DNA from: an uncultured Candidatus Rokubacteria bacterium
Lineage (GTDB): Bacteria; Methylomirabilota; Methylomirabilia; Rokubacteriales; DASRDR01
Direction: 5' to 3'
DNA: 64,000 bases
NCBI GenBank assembly: GCA_963805625.1
Contig: CAWDVE010000017.1
Coordinates: forward strand, 672,001 to 736,000
In this document: piece after piece, positions 1 to 9,966 of the stretch
How the letters are laid out: the number at the start of each line of letters is the position of its first letter
How positions within the stretch are numbered: the stretch's first letter is position 1
Notes under the pieces: generated by a model
Told to the model about the DNA's origin: nothing
Seen by the model: the letters and a program-made list of their open reading frames with translations, nothing else
Databases searched by the model: none
Position numbers and translations under genes: made by a program

Positions 1-509
1 TTCACTCCCTGACGTCAGGGTCCCAACAGTCCGGCCGAGCCACACGAACCCCGTGACCCACAGGAGAGCGCCCAGGAGGTCGAACGCTACGAAGCGCACA
101 TACGACATGCCGCGCGATATTGCGAGCGGCGCCACCAGCACTCGAAGCGTCACGGCCACTCTGGCGAACAGCAACGCCACGCCGCCGAAGCGCCGCAGGA
201 AGCGGTCCGCCGCGTCCATCCGCGAGGTCGTGAGACGGAAGACACGACAGTAGAGCTCGAACAGCCGTCGACCCTTCAGCCGTCCGACCAAGTACCAGGC
301 GTGGTCGCCGGCCACGGTGCCGAGCGTCGCGAGCCCGATCAGGACCCACGCGCTGGCGCCCGTGCCCGAAACGGGGTTGGAGATGGATCCCACCGCTATC
401 AGCATGAGCCGACCGGGAAAGGGGATCCCGACCGCATCGACGATGGCGCCCAGGAACACGACGGCATAGAGATGCTCCCGAAACCAACCATCGATGAGAG
501 TGAGAACAT
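1..509 (-). CDS. DedA/VTT-family membrane protein, runs off the left edge; 5' end possibly frameshifted
   Basis: Manual translation of a frame missing from the ORF track gives 'IDGWFREHLYAVVFLGAIVDAVGIPFPG...GTVAGDHAWYLVGRLKG...FLRRFGGVALLFARV..LRVLV.PLA..RGMSYVRFVAFDLLGALLW', a DedA signature. The nearest ATG (~509) is out of frame by 2 nt. Confidence 0.8.
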
Positions 510-622
510 TGCTATTTTCCCAGGAGGACGGGGCGTGGCTCTCAAGTGTCGAAGGCCGCGCCCCGTCCCCCGATCGCCTGCGCCTGTCGACCGGCAACCG
601 GCTGGCTGGGTCCAGCCAGCCG

Positions 623-895
623 CTACGGCTGGCGGAGCCGGGCCTCGATGGGATCGCCCTCCTTCAGATCCTGGAGGGTCTCCTTCGAGGCCTGGAACTC
701 ATGCATCGTGCCGTCGGCGGCTCGGATCGTCACCCGTCCCTGGGTCCGGTCGATCTTGACGATGTGACCCTCCACCGTCCGGGGGGTCGCGCCCTGGTGC
801 GCCGGAGGGTTCGCAGACTGCCCGAGGGCCATCCCACTCCACAGCAGGATCGGGGCGGCGATGGTCATGCTGAACCGTGTCCAGATCTTCATCAC
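623..895 (-). CDS. Small secreted protein, likely a single OB-like beta-barrel domain
   Basis: Signal peptide followed by 'VEGHIVKID..QGRVTIR..DG...F.......DLKEGD.I' pattern; follows the upstream lipoprotein gene closely. Confidence 0.6.
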   Translation of the reverse strand: MMKIWTRFSMTIAAPILLWSGMALGQSANPPAHQGATPRTVEGHIVKIDRTQGRVTIRAADGTMHEFQASKETLQDLKEGDPIEARLRQP

Positions 896-901
896 GCCCC
901 C

Positions 902-1120
902 TCACTTCTTCATGATGTCGTAGATTGCCCCCGCGGCCGCGCCGACGCCCGTGCCGATGAGCGCGCCCTTGCCGGCGCCATAACCGGTCCCGGCTCCTAT
1001 CGCCGCGCCGGAACCCGCGCCCACTGCGGCGCCACCCACCGTGCCGCACGCCGCGAGGAGTGTCGAGGCGAGCACGAGGCCCGCGAGTGGGGTCGTCCAT
1101 CCGATGTCAGTCTTCGTCAT
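902..1120 (-). CDS. Glycine-zipper lipoprotein
   Basis: GGAGG RBS, lipobox LAAC, then GAAVGAGSGAAIGAG...GALIGTGVGAAAGAI. Confidence 0.8.
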   Translation of the reverse strand: MTKTDIGWTTPLAGLVLASTLLAACGTVGGAAVGAGSGAAIGAGTGYGAGKGALIGTGVGAAAGAIYDIMKK

Positions 1121-1329
1121 TGAAACCTCCCTTGCCAGTGCTTGAGACGAATGACGGGCAAGTTCCATGCCGCCGGGGCGTCGCTCGCGGAGAGGCGGAA
1201 AGACCGACCGAACGTTCCACTCTTCGGCGCGGAGCGCAAGATTCTCGCGTCAGGTTGTCGTCGGCGCGACATTGCGACGAAAGGCTGAAGAGCCGGAGCG
1301 ATAACAGTCCCGGGACGCAGACGGGAGCT

Positions 1330-1812
1330 TCAGGCCAGGGCCAAGGAAGTCAGGGTTGCCCGCCCTACGCGACCTCCCTTGTCGGGCTTGATCTCCAGCC
1401 GCAGATGCGTCACTCCCTCCGCCAAGATGGACCAGAGCTCCCGCTCAAAGCTCGTGCCGGGCGGGCTAAAGGTGAACTCCTGCCGCACGAGCTCACGATA
1501 TGTCTGCCCTCCATTCGAGGAGACGGACACGGACAACTCTTGCGTTCGGCTCACATCAAGCTCCTCGACCTCCACGGCGATCTGTCGGATCGTCTGTGGG
1601 CTGTCGAAGAGCAGGATCAGCGTCTGCTTGCCGGGACCGTCGGCGATCCAGCGACTGCCTCCGGGTCCTCGATTGTGATCGAAGGCATTGTCGATGGGAT
1701 GATCAGCCTGTTCGGCTGTCACCTGCACCGTGGCGACGTCAGCAACCGAGATTTCGCCTTCCAAGGATGCTGATGCGCTGGAATGCCTTGGAATGATCTG
1801 CTTTCTCAGCAT
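1330..1812 (-). CDS. Galactose-binding-like (F5/8 type C / 'carbohydrate-binding') domain protein
   Basis: GGAGG before MLRKQII; 'HPIDNAFD....GGSRW.A..PG.QTL.L.FD.PQ.I..I', 'QEFTFSP.G..FERE.W', 'LRLEIKPDKGG'. Confidence 0.7.
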   Translation of the reverse strand: MLRKQIIPRHSSASASLEGEISVADVATVQVTAEQADHPIDNAFDHNRGPGGSRWIADGPGKQTLILLFDSPQTIRQIAVEVEELDVSRTQELSVSVSSNGGQTYRELVRQEFTFSPPGTSFERELWSILAEGVTHLRLEIKPDKGGRVGRATLTSLALA

Positions 1813-2169
1813 TGTGGGGCCTCCAATCGGAGAGAACATCGGCGCCCGACGACCAGAGCCAGGACGCACGAGGCCCCCGAGTCGAGCGCGGAGCTTCGGG
1901 CTCTGAGGCTTCGATCGTCCCACCCGTCCACTGCTACTCCATCTCGTCCTGCCTGCAAGCTACCGTGACGGGGCGCTGGCGCGGGGCGTGAATGTCAAGC
2001 GAGCACCATCAGGACCGACGGCGACCCCGTGCTCGGTCCTGAACGAGACGACGAGGAAGCTGGTCCTCGCACTGCTCCGAGACATCGACGGCCAACAAGG
2101 CGGGCGCTCCCCGGCGTCGTCAGGTTCGACCGGCGGCTCCATCGGGTTCACTTGTCGCACGGGACCATG

Positions 2170-4089
2170 TCACCGAGATTGGCTCCGATGCGCGAGGTTC
2201 GCCACGACGGCGGCCAGCTCGCCGGGGTCAACCGGCTTGGTCACGAATGCATCGAATCCCGTGCCGAGCGCCTGGATGCGGGTCTGGGTCCCAGCGTGCG
2301 CCGTCAGCGCGATCAGAGGGATCCGGCCGCCACGATCGGTCGGTCGGGCTCGAATCTGTTCGGCCAATGCGAACCCGTCCACGTTGGGCATGGCCAGATC
2401 GCTGACCACCACATCGAATGGCTGGCAGTCGAGTGATTCAAGGGCGCCCTGCACCGTAGTCGCCGCAGTCACCGTGGCACCGTAGCCCTCGAGAAAGTGG
2501 GTCAACAGGAGGCGCGAGTCCCTCTCGTCATCCACGACGAGGACGCGGATGCTGTCGCACCGTGGTCCGTGGAGCATCGGCCGTGAAAACAGGGCCGCTC
2601 GTGACCGGTCGTCAACGTCCGCGGGACGCAGGGGCAACGCTACCGTAAAGGTCGCCCCGAGGCCCTTCCCCGGGCTCTCGGCCGTGACGCTTCCCCCCTG
2701 GAGTTCGACGAGATATCGCACGATGGCGAGCCCGAGGCCCAGGCCGCCGTGGGTCCGCGTGAGAGACGGGTCCGCCTGGCGAAAGCGCTCGAAGATGTAA
2801 GGCAAGGCGTCGGGGCTGATGCCCTGTCCGCTGTCGCTCACTCGGATCGACGCGGTGGCCTGAGTCCGATCAACGGCGACCGTGACTTCCCCCTGAGGCG
2901 GAGTGAACTTGACCGCGTTCGAAAGCAGATTCCAGCAGACCTGCTGAAGCCGGGCGGGGTCTCCCACGACGACGGTCGCGCCCGGTTGGATGTGGCTTCC
3001 AAGGCGAATGGCCTTCGCCTCCGCCGCCGGGCGGACGGTTTCGAGCGCGGCGACGATCACCGGCCCAAGGTCGACGGGCTGGATCTCCAGGCGCAGCTTT
3101 CCGGCAGTGATCCGGGATAGATCGAGCAGGTCTTCGATGAGCTGGACCTGATGGCGCGCATTGCGCTCGATGCTTTCGAACGCCCGCGCGAGCGTGTCCG
3201 AATCGCCCTTCAGCCGTATGACCTGGGCCCAACCGAGAATGGCACTCAGAGGGGTCCGCAGCTCGTGGGAGACGGTCGCCAGGAATTCATCCTTGGCGCG
3301 GTTGGCCGCCTCCGCCTCGCTTCGGGCGTGTTGCTCACGGGCGAGCAGGTCCGCGCGTTCGCGTTCGAGGCGCTTGGTCAGGCTGATGTCGCGCGCGATT
3401 TTCGATACCCCGATGATGCCGCCCGCCCGATTCCTCACTGGGGAGACTGTCAACGAGATGTTGACGAGGGTGCCATCCTTTCGGATCCGCATGGTGTCAA
3501 AGTGATCCACGACATCGCCCCGGCGGATTCGCGAGAGCACCTCATCCTCCTCGCCCCGACGGTCGGCCGGAATGATCAGCGTGATGTGGTGTCCGATCGC
3601 TTCGCTCGCGGTGAATCCGAAGATGCGTTCGGCCGCGGGGTTCCACGACGTGATCACGCCGTCCAGCGTCTTGCTGACGATGGCGTCGTCCGAGGAACGG
3701 ACAATGGCGGCCAAATACGAGGAGTCCGCAGTCATCGCCTCGTACGCCGTGATATCCCTGGAGATCCCGATGACCCCGATGACGTGCCCGGCGGCGTTTC
3801 GGTGCGGTGACTTCGTCGAGAGGTATGTCGTCTTCTCGCCACTCCGTTCCACACTCAACTGGAACCGACGCGGCTCTCCCGTTTCCATCACCACGGTGTC
3901 GTGTGCCTGGATCTGGGCGGCTGTTTCGGTCGGAAAGAGATCACGATCGTCGTGACCGAGGATCTGTTCCCGAGAAAGCCCGATGGCCCGACAGCAGGCG
4001 AGATTCACCAGCACGTACTGGCCGGCCCGGTTCTTCAGATAGATCGCATCGTCGGCGCCGTCAAAGGCGGCCTGAATCAGGTCTTGCAT
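2170..4089 (-). CDS. Hybrid sensor histidine kinase (PAS-PAS-HisKA-HATPase-REC)
   Basis: Two PAS/PAC domains, H-box '[13 protein letters not shown]', N-box 'NLLSNAVKFT', G boxes 'DSGQGI' and 'GGLGLGL', C-terminal REC 'VLVVDD...SDLAMPNVDG...KP'. Confidence 0.95.
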   Translation of the reverse strand: MQDLIQAAFDGADDAIYLKNRAGQYVLVNLACCRAIGLSREQILGHDDRDLFPTETAAQIQAHDTVVMETGEPRRFQLSVERSGEKTTYLSTKSPHRNAAGHVIGVIGISRDITAYEAMTADSSYLAAIVRSSDDAIVSKTLDGVITSWNPAAERIFGFTASEAIGHHITLIIPADRRGEEDEVLSRIRRGDVVDHFDTMRIRKDGTLVNISLTVSPVRNRAGGIIGVSKIARDISLTKRLERERADLLAREQHARSEAEAANRAKDEFLATVSHELRTPLSAILGWAQVIRLKGDSDTLARAFESIERNARHQVQLIEDLLDLSRITAGKLRLEIQPVDLGPVIVAALETVRPAAEAKAIRLGSHIQPGATVVVGDPARLQQVCWNLLSNAVKFTPPQGEVTVAVDRTQATASIRVSDSGQGISPDALPYIFERFRQADPSLTRTHGGLGLGLAIVRYLVELQGGSVTAESPGKGLGATFTVALPLRPADVDDRSRAALFSRPMLHGPRCDSIRVLVVDDERDSRLLLTHFLEGYGATVTAATTVQGALESLDCQPFDVVVSDLAMPNVDGFALAEQIRARPTDRGGRIPLIALTAHAGTQTRIQALGTGFDAFVTKPVDPGELAAVVANLAHRSQSR

Positions 4090-4215
4090 CGACTCACGCA
4101 CGTTCTCCCGAGCATAGGAGAGCGTTCGGGCTGCGTCAACCAGCGGCCGGTCCGGCCTCGCCTCGTGATCGACGGGTCGCCGATTCGCGCCCACCCATCG
4201 GCTCCATTTCCCGCT

Positions 4216-4310
4216 TCAGTCTACCCCGGCCATCTCAACGCACCACACCGGGCCGTTCAGGAACATGGCGCCCTCGAATCGGACGAACGCGGGAATCTCG
4301 CCGAGGGCAT
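4216..4310 (-). pseudogene. 3'-terminal remnant of an unidentified conserved protein
   Basis: Reads 'LGEIPAFVRFEGAMFLNGPVWCVEMAGVD*' with protein-like codon use but has no in-frame start region. Confidence 0.35.
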
Positions 4311-4615
4311 GCTTGGTCAGGTCGGTTAGTGATCAGGCAACATGCGTGCCAATTCTTAGGAGAGGCGACGGGGAACTGTGGTCGGGTGGGCGGCTGACCG
4401 CACACCAAGCAAGAACGATCGCGCTCGTGATTCCCGGTAGCCTTCGGGAAGCCGGTGGCTGGCGTCTGCCACGAGTGGGTGGCTCTCGGAACACCCGGGT
4501 CACACCGGTTCGTTGGCCTGGTGCCACGTTGCCGGGACGAGACGCCTGGCCGGCGATAGTCGGGTGCACCTGAGCAGGGCCGCGACGTAGAGGACAAAGC
4601 GTTGTCGGACACGGG

Positions 4616-5014
4616 TCAAGTCGCCTCAACGTCGAGGTCTAGGCGGTCGATGTCGTCGATGGTGGCGCAACTGACAGGGGGGATGAATGCACTCGAAGAC
4701 GGCTGGCCCTGGCTGTTCTGCACGGAGTTCGCGAAATCGAAGTTCGAGAACGGGGCGACCTCGAACTCGGCGGTAGATGTGGCAATCACGTTGCCAGAGT
4801 TCTTGGCTTCGTAGGTGATTCGGACCGTCGCGCGGCGGTTTCCGGTATTGGTGGCGTGGCCCTTGACCGCGCAGCGGTTGCCCGCCACACTCTCCTCTCC
4901 CTCACCGGTGATAGTCACGCTGGAGAGCCCCTTTGAGCTCGTATCACTCTCGCAGCTGGCGAGAAGAAGCACGGTCAAGCTCGCCATCGCCGCGCCGCCC
5001 AGCCAGTGGCGCAT
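4616..5014 (-). CDS. Lipoprotein with Ig-like (FxLYD-like) domain
   Basis: AGGAGG RBS, lipobox LASC, 'VKGHATNTGNRRATVRITYEAKNSG.VIAT....EVAP'. Confidence 0.65.
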   Translation of the reverse strand: MRHWLGGAAMASLTVLLLASCESDTSSKGLSSVTITGEGEESVAGNRCAVKGHATNTGNRRATVRITYEAKNSGNVIATSTAEFEVAPFSNFDFANSVQNSQGQPSSSAFIPPVSCATIDDIDRLDLDVEAT

Positions 5015-5420
5015 CGGGGTCTCCTCCTGAGGTTCGTATCGTGCCGTTGGACGCCCTCGGAAGCTCCGTGAGGCGCCCCGCCCAAGGCGACATCGGGTCG
5101 TTGAATCGTCATCCTGTCGCGAACGGCCCTGGCGACCGTCCGCCGAGCCGCGCCACTGGAGACCGCGTTCTTCCGCGGTCATGCCGGAAATGGCTACAGC
5201 AAGCCGTGGGCCACCCCCCGAGACCTCAAGATTCTCGACTCAAGATTCTCAAGATGTCTGACCGAATGCCTCTGGGCATCCTCCATGCGCCCGCTGGGTC
5301 GAATAGTCTGCTCGGCCTTACTGCGGCTAGCTCCGTCACGGTGTCGTCCAAGCGCCAGCCTGTCCATGCGAGGCCACGGCCAACGTCCTCCATTGCTCGA
5401 TTTGGCCGCCGGCACGACGC

Positions 5421-5999
5421 TTGCTCTCGTTGACGTACGTGACTCGCGCGGCCAAACCGGAGTCGAGGAGCACGACGGCCGAGTACCACGACGAGTACTC
5501 GGAGACTCTCGGGGCGGAGTTCCGCAAGCTGCAGGACGCCCTCCTCAGCGACACCGTGAGCATTCTCGCCACGCGCGAGCCCATTCGACTCGCCGAGACG
5601 GCGCGTATCGAGGAAGCCCTAGAGGCAATGCTGGCGCAGGATCACGTGGCGGTGGTCGTGGTCGATGGGGAAGGTCGGCTGTGTGGCATCGCCACCGACC
5701 GGGACTTGCTGAAACGCGCCCGTGCTAGCGATCGCGATTCAGGTCAGATAGATCTGGCAACGGTGATGACGCGTGATCCGGAGACGCTGCGGCCGGACGA
5801 TCGGCTCTGCTACGCAGTGAACCGAATGATGGCGATGAGCTGCCGTACTGTGCCTGTCGTCGATGAGGAGCGCCATCCCGTCGGGATCGTGACCGTCGAC
5901 GACATCGCCAAGTGGCTGGCCGCGCTCTTCCCGGAAGCCATCCTGAACCTGCGACCGGGAGACCGGCTGAAGCGGCCGGCGGATCGTGACGGTGGTTAG
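5421..5999 (+). CDS. CBS-domain pair protein
   Basis: 'VVVDGEGRLCGIATDRDL', 'VMTRDPETLRPDD', 'VPVVDEERHPVGIVTVDDI'. Start uncertain. Confidence 0.88.
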   Translation: MLSLTYVTRAAKPESRSTTAEYHDEYSETLGAEFRKLQDALLSDTVSILATREPIRLAETARIEEALEAMLAQDHVAVVVVDGEGRLCGIATDRDLLKRARASDRDSGQIDLATVMTRDPETLRPDDRLCYAVNRMMAMSCRTVPVVDEERHPVGIVTVDDIAKWLAALFPEAILNLRPGDRLKRPADRDGG

Positions 6000-6239
6000 C
6001 ACGCTCCGCCGGCCGGAACGAAGCATGGTCCTGAGTGTGCCGATGATAGCGTCGGCGCTGGTTCTCGAGCCGGGCGTGAGGGAGTTGCCCGCGAGCACAA
6101 GCTCCAGCGGGGCCTGCCACTCACGGGCGTCTCCCGTTGGAGCGACCAACCCCTGGCCGATGGCGACGCGCCATCGTGCAGCACGCTGGCGGATCCTCTC
6201 TTTCTCTCGCTGAGATCGCCCGGGCGGGCCGCGAGGCCG

Positions 6240-6626
6240 CACTGATGAGGACCGCGAAGCCCTTCTGGTCCGGATCACGATCCTTCTCGGGCTGGACGAG
6301 ACGGCGCCAGACCTCCTCGTAGGCCTGGCCCGATCGGTGAATGGTGGCGATCCCGTAGAAGCGAGCGATGCCGCCCCTGGGAAGGAGCCCGCCTCCCGGA
6401 ATGGCGGCTTTCTCAGGAACACCGTGACCTTGCTGCCGTCCTTGAGATTCGTAGTCGTGGAGCCCTTGCCGCGCTCCCAGAGGGCCAGGTGTTCGTCGTC
6501 GAGGACCATCGTGCTGCCCCGGGGGTCACCTGGGCGAATCCGTTGGGGAGGACGGTGGCGACCAGGCATGTGAACGGGAAAGACCGACTTGATGTGCTCG
6601 TGAAGCGCCTTGGGGATCGTGGCCAC
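6240..6626 (-). pseudogene. Pyridoxamine 5'-phosphate oxidase-like (FMN split-barrel) protein, multiply frameshifted
   Basis: Homology is split across frames: 'MATIPKALHEHIKSVFP', 'CLVATVLPNGFAQVTP', 'RGSTMVLDDEHLALWERGKG...VTVFLR', 'GGIARFYG.A', 'YEEVWRRLVQPEKDRDPDQKGFAVLI'. Confidence 0.75.
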
Positions 6627-7023
6627 GCTATCCTCCCTGTCGAGCAGGAATCGTTCGCATGGCCGCGCTCGTCGGAGGCCTGGGCTTCCTCAAGGCTCGC
6701 TGTCTGATCCCGGCGTTCTTCCTGGTCCCGCTGTACGGGTTGTGGCGCCTCGAGCGTCACGGCGTGCCCGAGATGCGCGCCGCCGGAATCGCCGGATGGT
6801 TCATGATCGAGTCTCCTCTCGCCTCGGAGGCCACTATGATCCTCGCCGAATGGGGCCCTCTGTCAAGCTCGGGCCGGCGCTCCGGGAGCCTCGCGGCGCC
6901 CCTTGAACGACCGGCCGGGCTCGGGCAGAATCGCGCCGGTGTTGAAGGAGCCGGACGCCGAGGTCGGGGGTCCCGTCGGACCTGAGGGTACCCGATCGCG
7001 GGCCGAGGGAGCTCGATCACCAG

Positions 7024-7858
7024 TGGGTCCGCCGCCGCCGTTTCGCGCCGAGCACATCGGGAGTCTCCTCCGGCCGCCCGCGCTGCTGGCGGCGCGCCAG
7101 ACGGCGGAGGAGGGGCGCCTCTCGGCGGATGCGCTCCGGGCCGACGAGGACCGGCACATCCGGGACGCCGTCCGTCTCCAGGAGGACGTGGGACTCGAGG
7201 TCGTGACTGACGGAGAGTACCGGCGCGGCATCTACTTCGGCCATTTCGGGGCGGCGGTGAGCGGCTTCACGGAGATGGACGCCGAGATGAGCTTCCGCGG
7301 CGCCGGCGGCGAGCCGCTGCGCTATCGCGCGGCCGTCGTGACCGGCCGGCTCGTCCGCCATGGCGGCATCGCGGCGATCTACCAGGCCGAGCTCGCCGAC
7401 CTGGCGGCACTCGGCGCCACCTACGTCCAGCTCGACGACGTGCCGCGCGGACTCCTGTGCGACCCGCATCATCGTGCGGCGTTCGCGGCGAAGGGCAAGT
7501 GGCTCGGGGAGGGGCGTACGACTACGTGGCCGCCCACGCCTTCGCCCGGCTGGACGTCGACGCGTACTTCTTCGAGTACGATTCGCCGCGGGCCGGGGGG
7601 TTCGAGCCGCTTCGCCACGTCGCGCCCGATCGCTCGGTCGTCCTCGGCCTCGTGTCGACCAAGACGCCCGTGCTCGAGGCTTCCGACGATCTGCGCCGGC
7701 GAATCGATGCCGCGGCGCGGCTCATGCCCATCGAGCGGCTGGCGCTCAGTCCCCAGTGTGGCTTCGCGAGCACCGCGCCCGGCAACCCGCTGTCCTCGGC
7801 CGAGCAGCGGCGGAAGCTCGAGCTGGTGGTCGACGTCGCCCGTCTTGTCTGGGGCTGA
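7024..7858 (+). pseudogene. Degraded cobalamin-independent methionine synthase II (single-barrel MetE-like) paralog
   Basis: 'FRAEHIGSLLRP', 'TDGEYRR', 'QLDD', then after a frameshift 'FFEYD', 'LGLVSTK', 'LSPQCGFAS'. Two internal deletions relative to the paralog at 12857 remove the HxC zinc ligands. Confidence 0.85.
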
Positions 7859-7888
7859 TGCGCCCATGCCGCAAGAGAGAGGCCAGCG

Positions 7889-8161
7889 ATGCTCTACATG
7901 ATCGTCGAGCACTTCAAGAACGGGGACCCCGTTCCTGTGTATCAACGGTTTCGGGACAAGGGCCGGATGGCGCCGGAGGCGCTCCGGTACGTCTCGAGCT
8001 GGGTGACGCCCGACATGACGACGTGCTACCAGCTGATGGAGTGCGAGAATCGCGATGTCCTCGATCAGTGGATGACGCGCTGGCAGGATCTCGCCGACTT
8101 CGAGGTGGTGCCCGTCATCACCTCGGCCGAGGCGGTCGAGCGCGTCGCGCCGCGGCTGTAG
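7889..8161 (+). CDS. DUF3303-family small ferredoxin-like-fold protein
   Basis: 'MLYMIVEHF....PVYQRFRDKGRM.PE.L.YVSSWV......CYQLME......L.QW...W.DL.DFEVVPV.TS'. Confidence 0.85.
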   Translation: MLYMIVEHFKNGDPVPVYQRFRDKGRMAPEALRYVSSWVTPDMTTCYQLMECENRDVLDQWMTRWQDLADFEVVPVITSAEAVERVAPRL

Positions 8162-8197
8162 GCTCGAGCGCCCGGGCCGATCGCCGGGCGCCGAACG

Positions 8198-9496
8198 TCA
8201 GCGCATCAGGCTCGGCAGCCAGAGGCTCAGCCAGGGGACCGCGATCAGGATGGCGAGCCGCAACACGTCGGCCCACATGAACGGCAGGACGCCGCTGAAC
8301 ACCGTCCCCGTCGAGACCTCGGGGAGCAGGGTCTTGAGGACGAACATGTTCATCCCGACCGGCGGGCTGATCAAGCCGATCTCGACCACGCACACGATGA
8401 TGATCCCGAACCAGATCGGATCGAAGCCCAGATGCACGATCACCGGGAAGAAGACCGGCATCGTGAGGAGCACCATCGACAGCTCCTCCATCGCCGTGCC
8501 GAGGACCACGTAGATGGCCGCGATCGCGAGCACCACTACGAGCGGGTTCACCTCGAAGCGCGTGACGAACGCCTTCATGTCGGCCGGCATGCTCGTGATG
8601 TTGATGAACTCCGCGAACATCAGCGCGCCGATGAGGATCATGAACAGCATGGCGGTGGTGCGCGCGCTCTCGAGGAGCGCGACGTAGAGGGTCTGCCAGC
8701 TGAGGGCGCGCCGCCACAGCGCGAACAGCAGGGCGCCGAACGCGCCCATGCCCGCGCCCTCGGTGGCGGTGAAGAGCCCGCCGTAGATGCCGCCCATCAC
8801 GAACAGGAACAGCACGGCGACGGCCCAGACGTCCTGGAGGGCCACAAGGCGCTCCGCCCAGCTCGAGCGCTCACCCGGTGGCCCCGAGGCCGGGTCGCGC
8901 CAGGTCATGTACTGGACGGCGCCGCAGAGCAGGATGACGCCCACGATGCCCGGCAGGATCCCGGCCGCGAAGAGCTTCGCAATGTTGGTCTCGGTGAAGA
9001 CCCCGTAGATCACCATGATCGTGGACGGCGGGATCATGATGCCCAGCGTGCCGCCGCCGGCCACGACCCCCGCGGCCAGGCGGTCGGAGTAGCCGAAGCG
9101 CTTCATCGACGGGTACGCCACCTTGGCGAACGTGGCCGTCGTCGCGATGGACGAGCCGCAGATCCCGCCGAATCCCGCCGAGGCCCAGATGGTGGCCATG
9201 GCCAGACCTCCGCGCAGGTGGCCGATGAACGCGTAGGCGGCGCGGAACAGCTCCTGGGACATCCCCGCGCGCGTCACGAGGTTACCCATCAGGATGAAGA
9301 GGGGCACCACCGACAGGGTGTAGTTGCGGCCCGTCTCGTAGAGCTTCGTCTGGGTCATCGCGAACGCGACGGTCCAGTTCCAGTCACGCATGTAGGCGTA
9401 GCCGCAGATGCCGACGGCAGCCATGGCGAACGAGATGGGTACCCGCAGGAAGGCGATCGCCATCATCAGGGTGAGGCCGATCAGCCCTTCGATCAT
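8198..9496 (-). CDS. dctM: TRAP transporter large permease
   Basis: 'PLFILMG', 'GGTLGIMIPPS', 'TATE', 'EIGLISPPVGMN'; overlaps the dctQ stop. Confidence 0.95.
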   Translation of the reverse strand: MIEGLIGLTLMMAIAFLRVPISFAMAAVGICGYAYMRDWNWTVAFAMTQTKLYETGRNYTLSVVPLFILMGNLVTRAGMSQELFRAAYAFIGHLRGGLAMATIWASAGFGGICGSSIATTATFAKVAYPSMKRFGYSDRLAAGVVAGGGTLGIMIPPSTIMVIYGVFTETNIAKLFAAGILPGIVGVILLCGAVQYMTWRDPASGPPGERSSWAERLVALQDVWAVAVLFLFVMGGIYGGLFTATEGAGMGAFGALLFALWRRALSWQTLYVALLESARTTAMLFMILIGALMFAEFINITSMPADMKAFVTRFEVNPLVVVLAIAAIYVVLGTAMEELSMVLLTMPVFFPVIVHLGFDPIWFGIIIVCVVEIGLISPPVGMNMFVLKTLLPEVSTGTVFSGVLPFMWADVLRLAILIAVPWLSLWLPSLMR

Positions 9497-9966
9497 CGGC
9501 GCTCCACCGCCCTGTAGAGATGAAGGGCACCGGCGAACGCGATCATGACGGCCATGAAGTAGACGAAGGGCCCGTAGACGATGCGGAGCACGTCGGTGGC
9601 GTCCCGGTAGGCCCAGATCCGGTCGGCCTTGAGCCAGACCAGCCAGGCGAGCAGGAACATGAACGCGGCGCACACCAATTGCACCGCCCGCCGAAGCGCG
9701 CGCTGCGCGCCCGGCCAAAGCAGACGGTCGATGAAGTCCATGACGGCGTGCTCGTCGGCGTACGAGACGAGGGGCAGCCCGGCGAAGATCAGCACCACCA
9801 GCATGAGCTCGGTGATCTCGAACGCGCCGCGCAGCGGGCGGTTGAAAACGTACCGGGCCACGACATCGACCACCGTGAGGAGCATCATGGCCAGGAGGAT
9901 CGCGGAAGCGGCGCCGCCGAGGACGGCGTCGGCGTGCCGCTTCCGCGCGTTGTCGGGCCGGCTCAC
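9493..9966 (-). CDS. dctQ: TRAP transporter small permease
   Basis: Four TM segments, 'DVVARYVFNRPL.GA.EI.E', 'H..MD'. Confidence 0.93.
   Translation of the reverse strand: MSRPDNARKRHADAVLGGAASAILLAMMLLTVVDVVARYVFNRPLRGAFEITELMLVVLIFAGLPLVSYADEHAVMDFIDRLLWPGAQRALRRAVQLVCAAFMFLLAWLVWLKADRIWAYRDATDVLRIVYGPFVYFMAVMIAFAGALHLYRAVERR

Noticed and set aside
4430-4560. Possible cobalamin riboswitch (GGGAAGCCGGTG)
   Set aside because: The downstream conserved core and B12 box are not recognisable.
6659-6830. Short hydrophobic ORF, possibly a glycosyltransferase fragment
   Set aside because: Resemblance too short to support a call.
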